NCBI GenBank assembly: GCA_008086245.1
Contig: VSIX01000003.1
Coordinates: 1-64,000 of the forward strand
Reading direction: 5' to 3'
Source: Candidatus Mcinerneyibacterium aminivorans
GTDB lineage: Bacteria; Macinerneyibacteriota; Macinerneyibacteria; Macinerneyibacteriales; Macinerneyibacteriaceae
DNA length: 64,000 bases
Shown: piece after piece, positions 9,681-19,306 of the stretch
Layout of the letters: each line of letters starts with the position of its first letter
Numbering within the stretch: position 1 is the stretch's first letter
Notes under the pieces: model-generated
What the model saw: only the letters and a program-made list of their open reading frames with translations
The model's database searches: none
What the model was told of the DNA's origin: nothing
Made by a program: the position numbers and the translations under genes

Positions 9681-11138
9681 ATGTGTGGAATAGTTGGAAT
9701 TATAGGTGAAAATAATGTTCAGTACGATCTTTCTATAGCTTTGCAGACGATCCAACACAGGGGACAGGATTCATGTGGTATTGCAACGAAAAAAAAGAAA
9801 AAGTTTTATCTGGAAAAAGATGATGGAATGGTGAAGGATGTTTTTACAGAGAAAAAATTAAAAGAATTCAAGGGAAATATGGGAATAGGGCATGTAAGAT
9901 ATCCCACTATGGGGAGTGCTGGAAAAGTTAATGCCCAGCCTTTTTTTGCAAATCAGCCGGGTATATTCATGGCCCATAATGGAAATATCATTAATTATCA
10001 TAAACTAAGGAAAAAGCTGCTGGAAAAATCACTCTATTTAACTTCTAACTGTGATATAGAGCCTGTACTATATATATTATCTGAAGAATTATTAAAAATA
10101 AAAAAGAAAAATTTTAAAACAAATGATTTAATTCTAGCTTTAAAGAAAACATATAAAAGAGTAAGAGGAGCTTTTACAATAGTGGGAAATATTTATCTTG
10201 ATGGGGAAGAAGCAATGTTTGCCTGCCGGGATCCTTACGGTATTAGACCGGGCGTGTGGGGTAAAAAAGATGGTAACTACATGGTTTCTTCCGAATCAGT
10301 GGGGCTGGAAATACTGGGATATGAACTTAAAGGAGATATCCCCAACGGGGAACTGATGGTTTTTAAGAAAAACAAACCTCCCAAATTTTATGAAATTGAT
10401 AAGAAAGAACATACTCCCTGTATTTTTGAATATATATATTTTGCGAGACCGGATTCGAAAATATCCAATTACACCCCGTATAATATTAGGCTTGAGTTGG
10501 GTAAAAAACTTGCGAAAAAGTTAAGAAAAAAAGGAATAGATATAGATGTGGTTATTCCAGTGCCGGATACTGCAAGACCTGCTGCAACAGCTATTGCAGA
10601 TGAATTAGAAATTCCAGCAAGAGAGGGATTTATCAAGAATAGATACAGCGCAAGAACTTTTATTATGAAATCTCAGGAAGACCGTGAGTTTGAAATGAGA
10701 CTAAAGCATAATATTATTGAAGATGAATTTAAAAACAAAAAAGTATTGATTGTTGATGATAGTATCGTTAGAGGTACTACAACAAAATATATTGTTAAGC
10801 TGGTAAAGAATGCTAGTCCCAAAGAACTTCATATAGGCATATTTTCTCCTCCGGTCAATTATCCATGTTATTACGGGATTGATATTTCCAGAAAAAATGA
10901 ATTGATAGCAAGAAAATTTCAGAAATATTATAAAAAAGGATTAAAGGAATTAGAAAACAAAATGGCGGAATATACAGATGCAGACACATTGACCTATCTT
11001 GATACTGATGATTTAAAAAATATTACAGAATATAAAACATGTTCTGCATGTTTTGACGGTAAATATCCTCTTAAATTAAAAAAAGAAGAAATAGAAAATA
11101 TAGAAAAGGATAGAGGAGAAAACAAACATGGAGATTAA
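9681..11138 (+). CDS. purF: Amidophosphoribosyltransferase (glutamine PRPP amidotransferase)
   Basis: N-terminal MCGIVGI Ntn-Cys nucleophile; PRTase motif VLIVDDSIVRGTT; C-terminal Cys residues consistent with a Fe-S type PurF. Confidence 0.85.
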   Translation: MCGIVGIIGENNVQYDLSIALQTIQHRGQDSCGIATKKKKKFYLEKDDGMVKDVFTEKKLKEFKGNMGIGHVRYPTMGSAGKVNAQPFFANQPGIFMAHNGNIINYHKLRKKLLEKSLYLTSNCDIEPVLYILSEELLKIKKKNFKTNDLILALKKTYKRVRGAFTIVGNIYLDGEEAMFACRDPYGIRPGVWGKKDGNYMVSSESVGLEILGYELKGDIPNGELMVFKKNKPPKFYEIDKKEHTPCIFEYIYFARPDSKISNYTPYNIRLELGKKLAKKLRKKGIDIDVVIPVPDTARPAATAIADELEIPAREGFIKNRYSARTFIMKSQEDREFEMRLKHNIIEDEFKNKKVLIVDDSIVRGTTTKYIVKLVKNASPKELHIGIFSPPVNYPCYYGIDISRKNELIARKFQKYYKKGLKELENKMAEYTDADTLTYLDTDDLKNITEYKTCSACFDGKYPLKLKKEEIENIEKDRGENKHGD

Positions 11139-11907
11139 TTACAGAAACAACTCTAAAAATCTAATACTGATGGTACATGGTTTTTCCGGGTATCCTGGAA
11201 ACCTTGAATATTTAGCTGAAAAATTAAATGAAGCTCTATCATATGATATTTTAGTTCCCCAGCTTCCCGGACATACTGATAAATTGGAGGATTTAAAACA
11301 AAGTAACCATAAAAGATGGATTGAAAAAATAGATAGTATAGTAGAAAAGAAAAAGGATAATTATGAAAATATTTATATGATCGGTTTTTCAATGGGTACC
11401 CTGATAGCAACTATTGTGGCAAATAGATATAAAGAAGTAGAAAAAATGATACTTATAGCTCCCCCTTTTGCTTTTCCGCTAAAAAAGGAGATTTTACTAT
11501 TTTTAGCACCGGGATTAAAATTATTCAAAAAATATCATTATAAGGAAGTTGAAGGAAACAAGTTAAATAAAAATTTATACGATGAAGAAATGAGGAAGAA
11601 ATACCCGGTCAAATTTGAAAAGGAACCGCTTGAATCGGTGATTGAATTCAACAAACTCCGTAAAGAGGGAAGAAAGAGTTACAAAAATAATAAAACTCCT
11701 TTTCTTGTAATTCAATCCACCGGGGATAGGGTGGCTGCCTATAATGAAAATCAAGAATTTTTAAGAAAAAATATTGGGTCAACATTTGGTCGGTTTGTTT
11801 CAGTGGATGATTCCGGACACATGATTCCTCTGGATTATGATAGAGATAAAGTGGTAGCTGAGACAATAAAATTTATTGAGGAGGACCTGTCATGGATAAA
11901 AATATAG
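11128..11907 (+). CDS. Alpha/beta-hydrolase fold carboxylesterase
   Basis: HGFSG oxyanion region and G-F-S-M-G nucleophile elbow (MIGFSMGTLIA); C-terminal D...GH; 259 aa; 11-nt overlap with purF. Confidence 0.7.
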   Translation: MEINYRNNSKNLILMVHGFSGYPGNLEYLAEKLNEALSYDILVPQLPGHTDKLEDLKQSNHKRWIEKIDSIVEKKKDNYENIYMIGFSMGTLIATIVANRYKEVEKMILIAPPFAFPLKKEILLFLAPGLKLFKKYHYKEVEGNKLNKNLYDEEMRKKYPVKFEKEPLESVIEFNKLRKEGRKSYKNNKTPFLVIQSTGDRVAAYNENQEFLRKNIGSTFGRFVSVDDSGHMIPLDYDRDKVVAETIKFIEEDLSWIKI

Positions 11908-12332
11908 ATAAAGAAGAAGCCCAGAGATTAATTGAAGAAGAAGATATGAATGAAAAGGAAGTCGAGGATTTGATAGAAGAAATAGAGCATTTTAAGAAAG
12001 AAAAAGAAAGAGTAAGATCTATTGTCGGGAATATAGGGGGGATGCCCAGCTTTAACAGCAGGGCCTTTAATATTATTTTTTCAATTATAGTTATAGGTCT
12101 TCTGGTCGCATCTTTTATAGTTGTAAATGAGAGGATACATTTTATTTTGAGTGATATTGCAATTGCTGCAATATCTGTAAAAATTATCTATCTGATCTAT
12201 AAGCAGGGCAGGGTAAATCATTTTAAACTCTGGATACTTTCTTCGCTTGAATGGAAGGTTAATGAAATTTCCAAAAAAGTAAAAACACTGGAAAAAAAGG
12301 TTGAAGATGAAGAAAAGGAAAGTAAAAAATAA
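11892..12332 (+). CDS. Small membrane protein with two TM helices flanked by E/K-rich coiled coils (hypothetical)
   Basis: Complete 146-aa ORF overlapping the esterase 3' end by 16 nt and ending 1 nt before nfo; central hydrophobic segments IIFSIIVIGLLVASFIVV and IAIAAISVKIIYLI. Confidence 0.45.
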   Translation: MDKNIDKEEAQRLIEEEDMNEKEVEDLIEEIEHFKKEKERVRSIVGNIGGMPSFNSRAFNIIFSIIVIGLLVASFIVVNERIHFILSDIAIAAISVKIIYLIYKQGRVNHFKLWILSSLEWKVNEISKKVKTLEKKVEDEEKESKK

Positions 12333-13192
12333 TGAAATATATAGGTGCTCATGTAAGCATATCCGGTGGGGTATATAATGCTCCCCTCAATGCTCAAAAA
12401 ATCAATGCCAGGGCCTTTGGCATGTTTACAAAAAATCAGCTAAGGTGGAATGCAAAAGAAATTAAACGGGAAGATATCAAAAAATTTCACAGGAATTTAA
12501 ATAAGGCGGGAATATCCAGCCAACATGTTCTTGTACATGATACCTATCTTATAAATTTGGCTAATCCGGTTTCTGAAAAATACAATAAATCTCTCAATGC
12601 CTTTATCGATGGAGCTAAAAGAGTGGAAAAGCTGGGACTAAAATATTTTAATTTTCATCCTGGGAGCACCCTTGGAAAAATATCGGATGAAAAAGGACTG
12701 GAACTGATATCCGATGCAGTGAATAAAACTCTTGAAGTTACAGAGGATGTTGTTCTGGTTTTAGAGACAACAGCGGGACAGGGGAATGATCTCGGATATA
12801 AGTTCGAACATCTTGCAAGCATTATAAAGAATTCTCAGGATAAAAATAGAATGGGGGTATGCATAGATACTGCACACATTTTTGGAGCTGGATATGACAT
12901 TAGAACGAGAAAATCTTATAACGGCACCATGGAAAATTTTGATAAAGTAATTGGCTTGAAATATCTGAAAGGTGTTCATTTAAATGATTCTAAAGTAGGT
13001 TTAAATAGCAGAAAGGATAGACATGCAAATGTTGGGCAAGGCATATTCGGATGGGATGTATTTGAGATGTTAATGAAAGATGAGCGATTGAATGATATTC
13101 CCCTGATAATGGAAACCAAAAATAGTTCCAGATGGAAAGATGATATTAAAAGACTTTATTCTTTTGTTCCGGATTATAAAAAATCTAAATAA
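12332..13192 (+). CDS. nfo: Endonuclease IV (AP endonuclease, TIM-barrel, Zn-dependent)
   Basis: MKYIGAHVSISGG...; FNFHPGS; CIDTAHIFGAGYD; 286 aa. Confidence 0.9.
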   Translation: MKYIGAHVSISGGVYNAPLNAQKINARAFGMFTKNQLRWNAKEIKREDIKKFHRNLNKAGISSQHVLVHDTYLINLANPVSEKYNKSLNAFIDGAKRVEKLGLKYFNFHPGSTLGKISDEKGLELISDAVNKTLEVTEDVVLVLETTAGQGNDLGYKFEHLASIIKNSQDKNRMGVCIDTAHIFGAGYDIRTRKSYNGTMENFDKVIGLKYLKGVHLNDSKVGLNSRKDRHANVGQGIFGWDVFEMLMKDERLNDIPLIMETKNSSRWKDDIKRLYSFVPDYKKSK

Positions 13193-13423
13193 ACAGGAAA
13201 TGATTTCTATCAGATAAATTATAAAAATTTGCTAAAATTTCCTTTTATTCAAAATTATTCAAAAAATTTGGCAAATTTTAAATATCAAAAGATTGTTAAG
13301 TATATTTTTTAGATAGTTCATATTATTAAAAAAACTCTTGATTTCTTGTAAAAATAATTTATTTTATAAAGAAGAGTTAGGGGTGATTTTGAAAAGTTTA
13401 TAGCTTTTTATGGGAGGAATGAA

Positions 13424-13807
13424 ATGAAGGAATTTCCAATTGAAAAATTTGATTGGGGTAAATTTGTTGTTGATGGGGTAGAACATTCCAAAAATTACGG
13501 GCTCAGAAAGGGCCAGGGAAAAGATCTCAAAATTGTGGGAAGAAATGTTGAAAGCTGGAAAGAACGAAGAGGACATATTGTAACAAAAGATATGGTAAAC
13601 AGTGTGCTGAAGGAAAAAATTGATGTTCTTGTAATAGGTACAGGTTTCGATGGAACATTAAAGGTTCCAAAAAGTGTAAAAAACTATCTGGTTGAAAATG
13701 GAGTTTCAGAAGTAATTATAAAGAAAACCCCTGATGCCTGCAATTGTTATAATAAATTGTACAGGCAACAGAGAAATGTGGGACTGCTTGTACACGGTAC
13801 CTGTTAA
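13424..13807 (+). CDS. Mth938-like (DUF498) domain protein
   Basis: 127 aa; GLRKGQG...HIV...VLVIGTGFDG resembles the Mth938/DUF498 family; own RBS GGGAGGAATGAAATG. Confidence 0.45.
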   Translation: MKEFPIEKFDWGKFVVDGVEHSKNYGLRKGQGKDLKIVGRNVESWKERRGHIVTKDMVNSVLKEKIDVLVIGTGFDGTLKVPKSVKNYLVENGVSEVIIKKTPDACNCYNKLYRQQRNVGLLVHGTC

Positions 13808-14703
13808 AATAAAAAGAATAAGGAAGCCCCGGCAATAGCGATAAGAGTTCCCATAATAGCTCTAAATGTAACTTTTTTTCTGTAGTAAAAGTGATCAACC
13901 GGTAGTAATAAAATTGGAGATGTTTGCATTAATGTGGAAACTATTCCAACGGGAGCTATTCTTACTGCATAGAGAGAAAAAATTACACCGAGTACCGGTC
14001 CAATAAATGATGCAATTGCAATTAATCCTAGGGCTTTTCGGTCTTTCATTTTTGAGAAGTCATTTCTAAATTCATTTTTAAAGTATGCATATAAAACCAG
14101 CCCGACAAATCCGGCGGCAATTCGGATAGTATTTGCTGATATTGGATGTAAATCGTAATTCATTCCCATCTTTGAAAAAACAAGTCCCACGGCCTGGCCT
14201 ACTGCTCCTCCAAGTGCCACTGCAGTTCCAATAATTTTTGCTTTTTTGTTTTTAGCCGATTTGTCTTCGGCTTCTTCCGATATAACCCATGCTATTCCGG
14301 TTATGGTAATTATTATTCCAAGAATATGAATTAGTTTCAGTGTTTCGGACAAAATTAACCAGGAAAATATTGAACCGAAAATCGGAGAAAGTGTCATTAT
14401 AAGCATGGTATCTCTTGGACCTATTTTTACAAAAGATTCAAAAATGAGCAGATCAGCTATAAAGAAACCTATTATTCCCGAAATTGAAAGATATATATAA
14501 CCATTAATATGTGCATGAAGCGGGAAAAAAGAACCTGCAAAAAAATAATGTGTTATCATTATTAATGGTAAAGCAATCCACAGCCTAATATGAGTAGTGG
14601 TTCTTGAGCTTACTCTTTTACCTGCCATGGAAAAGAAAACAGCATTTTGAGCCCAGCAGGCTGCTGTTAATATAGCAAAAATCTCTCCTATTAAATATGT
14701 CAT
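13804..14703 (-). CDS. EamA/DMT-superfamily transporter (10-TM permease)
   Basis: 299 aa, about 10 predicted TM helices with two homologous halves, as in EamA family. Confidence 0.7.
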   Translation of the reverse strand: MTYLIGEIFAILTAACWAQNAVFFSMAGKRVSSRTTTHIRLWIALPLIMITHYFFAGSFFPLHAHINGYIYLSISGIIGFFIADLLIFESFVKIGPRDTMLIMTLSPIFGSIFSWLILSETLKLIHILGIIITITGIAWVISEEAEDKSAKNKKAKIIGTAVALGGAVGQAVGLVFSKMGMNYDLHPISANTIRIAAGFVGLVLYAYFKNEFRNDFSKMKDRKALGLIAIASFIGPVLGVIFSLYAVRIAPVGIVSTLMQTSPILLLPVDHFYYRKKVTFRAIMGTLIAIAGASLFFLF

Positions 14704-14964
14704 ATTATCACCGCCTAGATATTATCTAAAATTATTAAAAAGTCAACTATTTCTTATCCCGAAACAAAAAAAGTGATTGGATTTTATAAAAAAGAGTTTT
14801 ATATATAAATAGAGATAAGGAAGAAATAATAATACAAAAAAATGTTTATAAAAAATATTAAGTAATAGTATAGAGCTAATAATAACTATTAATTAACAAA
14901 ATCGCTAAAATGCATAAAAAAATAAATGTTTTACATATTATATTATATTTGCTACTATAAATTT

Positions 14965-15852
14965 ATGAATAAACAAAGTCCTTATTATACTTTTGCACAG
15001 TATATTCGAAAAAATTTTAACACGAAAGCCTTTAGAGTATCTATTGATGCATCTTTTGGATGCAGAGAAAATTGTATTTACTGTGAAGAACACTACAGAA
15101 AACCTTCTGATGAGAGCATAAAAAAGCAAATAGATAAGTTAATACCATATTTAAAATCAAGGTATAAGGCTAAAGATTTTTATCTTTATTTTCAAAAAGG
15201 AACGAATACTGATGCAGATCCGGAGAAGTTGAAAAAAATCTATGATAGTGCTCTTTCTTACAGGGATTTTTTAGGTTTTATTGTTGGCACCCGTCCCGAT
15301 TATATGGATAAGGAAAAAGTTGAAGTTATAAACTCCTATACCGATAAGTATGATACATGGATAGAATATGGACTTCAATCAGCAAATAATAAAACTTTAA
15401 AGCTGATTAATCGAAATCACACATATGAAGATTTTCTCAAAGCTCTCCAACTAACAGAAGGTACTGATATAAAGATTACTGTTCATTTGATACTGGGATT
15501 GCCTGGAGAAAAAAGTGAAGATATGATTAATACTGTAAAGAAGATATCAAAGCTGCCAATAAAGGGAGTAAAATTCCATCATCTTTATATATTAAAAGAT
15601 ACTCCACTTTATAAAATGTATAAAAAAGGTAATTATACACCAATAGATTATGAAACATATAAAAAAGTATTAATGGAGAGTCTGCAGTATTTAGATAAAG
15701 AAGTGGTAGTTCATAGAATTATGGGTGAGGATTATTCTGACAGATTTGTAGGCCCAAAATGGAACATGTCCAAAAATTATATTATAAATGATATAAAAAA
15801 GTCAATGATTAAAAAAAATTATTATCAGGGGAAAAAGCATAATAGAAGATAG
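14965..15852 (+). CDS. Radical SAM protein, TIGR01212 (YhcC-like) family
   Basis: C-x3-C-x2-C cluster (CRENCIYC) near the N-terminus; family-like N-terminus YTFAQYIRKNFNTKAFRVSIDASFGC; start chosen at ATG 14965 (track ORF begins at 14926). Confidence 0.7.
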   Translation: MNKQSPYYTFAQYIRKNFNTKAFRVSIDASFGCRENCIYCEEHYRKPSDESIKKQIDKLIPYLKSRYKAKDFYLYFQKGTNTDADPEKLKKIYDSALSYRDFLGFIVGTRPDYMDKEKVEVINSYTDKYDTWIEYGLQSANNKTLKLINRNHTYEDFLKALQLTEGTDIKITVHLILGLPGEKSEDMINTVKKISKLPIKGVKFHHLYILKDTPLYKMYKKGNYTPIDYETYKKVLMESLQYLDKEVVVHRIMGEDYSDRFVGPKWNMSKNYIINDIKKSMIKKNYYQGKKHNRR

Positions 15853-15945
15853 TTTATATTAAAATTGTAAGGGTTTTGAATGAGTCTTAATTTTGTTGAC
15901 AAGATAAATAAAACCTTTTAGATTATATAGTAGCTGGGAGGAAAG

Positions 15946-16629
15946 ATGGAGAAAAGGATTTTTATTTTTAGTGGATATTATGGGAGTGGAAAGACCGAAG
16001 TAGCAACTAATTATGCATTAAAATTAAAAGAGAAAAATGATAAAGTAGCAATTGCTGATATGGATATAGTAAATCCGTATTTTAGAGTAAGGGATAAAAG
16101 GAAACTATTAAAGGATAATGATATAAATGTAATAGCCCCACCGGAAAATATTGATAATGTGGATCTGCCTGTAATAACTGCACAGCTTTCAGGGATACTG
16201 GATCAAAAAAACTACAAAGTGGTTCTGGATCTGGGTGGGGATGATCTTGGAACAACCCCTCTGGGCAGCATAAAAAATAAAGTTGAGAAAGAGGACAATG
16301 AACTTTATGTTGTTGTAAATATTAATCGGCCTTTTACTGAAACGATGAGGGGAATTAAAAAGATGATTAAGATGATTGAAAATGTCAGCAAACTTAAGGT
16401 TTCTTCGCTTATTTCGAATACTCATATGAAGGAAGATACCGATTATGAAATGATAGAAGAAGGAGCAAAAATAGTTAGTAAAACTGCAGAAGAATTGGAC
16501 CTGTCATTTGATATAGTTAGTATTCCGTATTTTCTGGATAATAAAGGATTTAGAGAAGAAATGATTGATAGATATGATGTGGAAATTTTGGAGTTGGAAC
16601 TGTTTTATAAAACTCCATGGGCTGTTTAG
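15946..16629 (+). CDS. P-loop NTPase of unknown function upstream of korDABC
   Basis: Walker A FSGYYGSGKTEVA after a beta-strand, Walker-B-like VAIADMD; 227 aa; no family assignable by eye. Confidence 0.45.
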   Translation: MEKRIFIFSGYYGSGKTEVATNYALKLKEKNDKVAIADMDIVNPYFRVRDKRKLLKDNDINVIAPPENIDNVDLPVITAQLSGILDQKNYKVVLDLGGDDLGTTPLGSIKNKVEKEDNELYVVVNINRPFTETMRGIKKMIKMIENVSKLKVSSLISNTHMKEDTDYEMIEEGAKIVSKTAEELDLSFDIVSIPYFLDNKGFREEMIDRYDVEILELELFYKTPWAV

Positions 16630-16654
16630 CCATTGGAAATAGGAGGTGCAATAA

Positions 16655-16870
16655 ATGGCAAAGGGTAAAGTAAAAATTGATAAAGAAAAATGTAAGGGAT
16701 GTGAATTATGTGTAGAGGCATGTCCTACAGATGTTTTGGCTATGTCTGATGATTATAACAGCATGGGATATCATTATTCTACTCCTGTTAATCCGGACAA
16801 ATGTATTGCATGTATGAGTTGTGCAAAGGTCTGTCCAGATGTAGCTATTGAAGTTTATAGAGAAGAGTAG
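16655..16870 (+). CDS. korD: 2-oxoacid:ferredoxin oxidoreductase delta subunit (2x[4Fe-4S] ferredoxin)
   Basis: Two CxxCxxCxxxCP motifs (CKGCELCVEACP, CIACMSCAKVCP); 71 aa; first gene of a D-A-B-C cluster. Confidence 0.85.
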   Translation: MAKGKVKIDKEKCKGCELCVEACPTDVLAMSDDYNSMGYHYSTPVNPDKCIACMSCAKVCPDVAIEVYREE

Positions 16871-16880
16871 GAGGTAAACT

Positions 16881-17933
16881 ATGGGAAAAAGAATTCTGAT
16901 GAAAGGTAATGAAGCAATGGGAGAAGCCGCTATTAGAGCTGGCTGTGAAGGATATTTTGGTTATCCAATTACTCCCCAAAGTGAATTAACAGCTTATATG
17001 TCCAAGAAAATGGTGGAAGAAGATAGAGTTTTTGTTCAGGCTGAAAGTGAAATTGCGGCAATAAATATGGTTTATGGAGCAGGTGCTGCAGGTAGAAGAA
17101 CCATGACATCTTCCTCATCTCCAGGAGTGAGTCTTAAACAGGAAGGAATATCCTATATCGCAGGTGCAAGAGTACCCGCAGTAATTATTAATGTACAGCG
17201 TGGTGGACCCGGACTCGGCAACATTGCTCCTGCTCAGGGTGATTACTATCAATCCACAAGAGGTGGAGGAAATGGAGATTACCGTCTGATAAGTTTGGCA
17301 CCTAATTCCGTTCAGGAAATGGCAGATTTTGTTATGGATGCATTTGAATTAGCTGATAAATATAGGGTACCTGCTATTATTGTTGCGGATGGAATGTTGG
17401 GACAGATGATGGAACCGGTTGAATTTAGAGATCCAGTTGATATCGATTCTCTACCCAAAAAAGAATGGGCTTTAACCGGAAAAAAAGGAAGAGATCAAAA
17501 TGTAGTTCATTCATTAAGTTTAGGCGGTACAGGTTTGATGGAACATAATGAAAAACTAAAAAAAGTATATAACAAAATTGAAAAAAATGAAGTTAAGTAC
17601 GAAGAAATGGAAACAGAGGATGCAGAAATTGTAATAGTTTCTTACGGTTCAGCTTCAAGAGCATGTATCGGAGCTGTAAGGCAGCTAAGAGAAGAGAATA
17701 AAAAAGTAGGACTAATCAGACCTCAAACATTATGGCCCTATCCATATGATATTATAAGAAAAAGAGCAAAAAGTGCTAAGAAAGTCCTGGTTGTCGAAAT
17801 GAGTTTAGGACAGATGATTGATGATGTGAAAATTGCTGTTGAAGGTCAAACTGAAGTGGACTTCTTAGGTAAAGCCGGTGGATGGGTACCTACTAAACGC
17901 GAAATAGTTGATAAAGTAAATGAAATTTTATAG
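16881..17933 (+). CDS. korA: 2-oxoacid (2-oxoglutarate-type):ferredoxin oxidoreductase alpha subunit
   Basis: 350 aa; GNEAMGEAAIRAGC...GYPITPQSE N-terminus typical of KorA/OorA/PorA. Confidence 0.85.
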   Translation: MGKRILMKGNEAMGEAAIRAGCEGYFGYPITPQSELTAYMSKKMVEEDRVFVQAESEIAAINMVYGAGAAGRRTMTSSSSPGVSLKQEGISYIAGARVPAVIINVQRGGPGLGNIAPAQGDYYQSTRGGGNGDYRLISLAPNSVQEMADFVMDAFELADKYRVPAIIVADGMLGQMMEPVEFRDPVDIDSLPKKEWALTGKKGRDQNVVHSLSLGGTGLMEHNEKLKKVYNKIEKNEVKYEEMETEDAEIVIVSYGSASRACIGAVRQLREENKKVGLIRPQTLWPYPYDIIRKRAKSAKKVLVVEMSLGQMIDDVKIAVEGQTEVDFLGKAGGWVPTKREIVDKVNEIL

Positions 17934-17950
17934 GAAAGAGGTGTTGATAG

Positions 17951-18694
17951 ATGGAATGTATTTTTAAAAAACCGGAATCAATGACAGAAAATAAGACTAT
18001 TTATTGTCCAGGCTGTCATCATGGGATTATTCATAGATTAGTTGCTGAAGTTATAGATGAGCTGGATATTGCAGACAAAGCAATAGGAGTTGCTCCTGTA
18101 GGGTGCTCTGTACTTGCATATGATTATATAGATGTTGATTTTGCTGAAGCTGCACATGGTAGAGCTCCGGCTATGGCTACAGGTATAAAATTGCCACAAC
18201 CGGATAAAGTTGTTTTTACCTATCAGGGTGATGGAGACCTGGCTTCAATAGGTGCAGCAGAAATATTACATCTTGCTAATCGCGGGTATAATATTACTAC
18301 AGTTTTTGTAAACAATGCTATTTATGGAATGACCGGTGGACAGATGGCTCCTACAACATTGGAAGGTCAAAAAACAGCTACTTCTCCTATGGGAAGAAGA
18401 ATTGATATACATGGATATCCAATGAGAGTTTCTGAAATATTAACCAAAACTCCGGGAGCTGCTTATATCGCACGTGGAGCAGTTTATGACCCAGCTAATG
18501 TGAATAAAACCAAGAAAATGATTAAGAAAGCTTTCCAAAATCAAATTGATGGAAAGGGTTTCTCAATGGTTGAAGTGCTTTCAATTTGCCCTACAAACTG
18601 GGGTATGTCTCCACTTGATGCTCAGGAATGGTTGAAAGAAAATATGGTACCTTATTATCCATTGGGTGTAAAAAAAGATATTGATGAAGAATAA
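17951..18694 (+). CDS. korB: 2-oxoacid:ferredoxin oxidoreductase beta subunit (TPP-binding)
   Basis: CPGCHHG, GDGD TPP-binding motif (TYQGDGDLASIG); 247 aa. Confidence 0.85.
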   Translation: MECIFKKPESMTENKTIYCPGCHHGIIHRLVAEVIDELDIADKAIGVAPVGCSVLAYDYIDVDFAEAAHGRAPAMATGIKLPQPDKVVFTYQGDGDLASIGAAEILHLANRGYNITTVFVNNAIYGMTGGQMAPTTLEGQKTATSPMGRRIDIHGYPMRVSEILTKTPGAAYIARGAVYDPANVNKTKKMIKKAFQNQIDGKGFSMVEVLSICPTNWGMSPLDAQEWLKENMVPYYPLGVKKDIDEE

Positions 18695-18713
18695 ATTAAT
18701 TTGAGGAGGAATT

Positions 18714-19247
18714 ATGGAACATAGAATTATAATGGCAGGCTTTGGTGGCCAGGGTATTATGGTAATGGGCAGTATGCTTACTTATGCAGCAATGAAGGAA
18801 GGTAAAGAAACTTCTTGGATTCCTTCTTATGGAGTTGAGCAAAGAGGTGGAACAGCAAATTGTAGTGTAGTCGTATCTGATGAAATAATAGCTGCACCAA
18901 TTGTTGACAATCCTGATATGGCCATAATAATGAATAGACCTTCACTTGATAAATTTGAACCCAGAATGGTTAAAAATGGACTGCTTCTAATAAATGATTC
19001 TATTGTAGAAAGAGAAGTAGAAAGAGATGATTTGGAAGTAATAAGAATTAAAGCGAATGATATTGCAATAGAACTGGGTAATAAAAGAATTGCTAATATG
19101 GTAATGTTAGGTGCACTTACCAAAAAGACAGGAATTGTAAAGATAGAAACCCTTAAAAATTCACTTAAGGATGTTTTATCAAAAAGAAGACATGATTTAA
19201 TCGGAATTAATCAAAAGGCTCTTGATAAAGGAGCAGATCTAGTATAA
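18714..19247 (+). CDS. korC: 2-oxoacid:ferredoxin oxidoreductase gamma subunit
   Basis: 177 aa; MAGFGGQGIMVMG N-terminus typical of the gamma subunit. Confidence 0.85.
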   Translation: MEHRIIMAGFGGQGIMVMGSMLTYAAMKEGKETSWIPSYGVEQRGGTANCSVVVSDEIIAAPIVDNPDMAIIMNRPSLDKFEPRMVKNGLLLINDSIVEREVERDDLEVIRIKANDIAIELGNKRIANMVMLGALTKKTGIVKIETLKNSLKDVLSKRRHDLIGINQKALDKGADLV

Positions 19248-19260
19248 AATATATAAAATA

Positions 19261-19286
19261 GGGAGAGGATTCTCTCCCTATTTGTT
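19261..19286 (+). terminator. Intrinsic terminator after korC
   Basis: GGGAGAG-GATT-CTCTCCC hairpin followed by TATTTGTTATATTTT. Confidence 0.6.
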
Positions 19287-19306
19287 ATATTTTGGAGGAA
19301 TATTTT

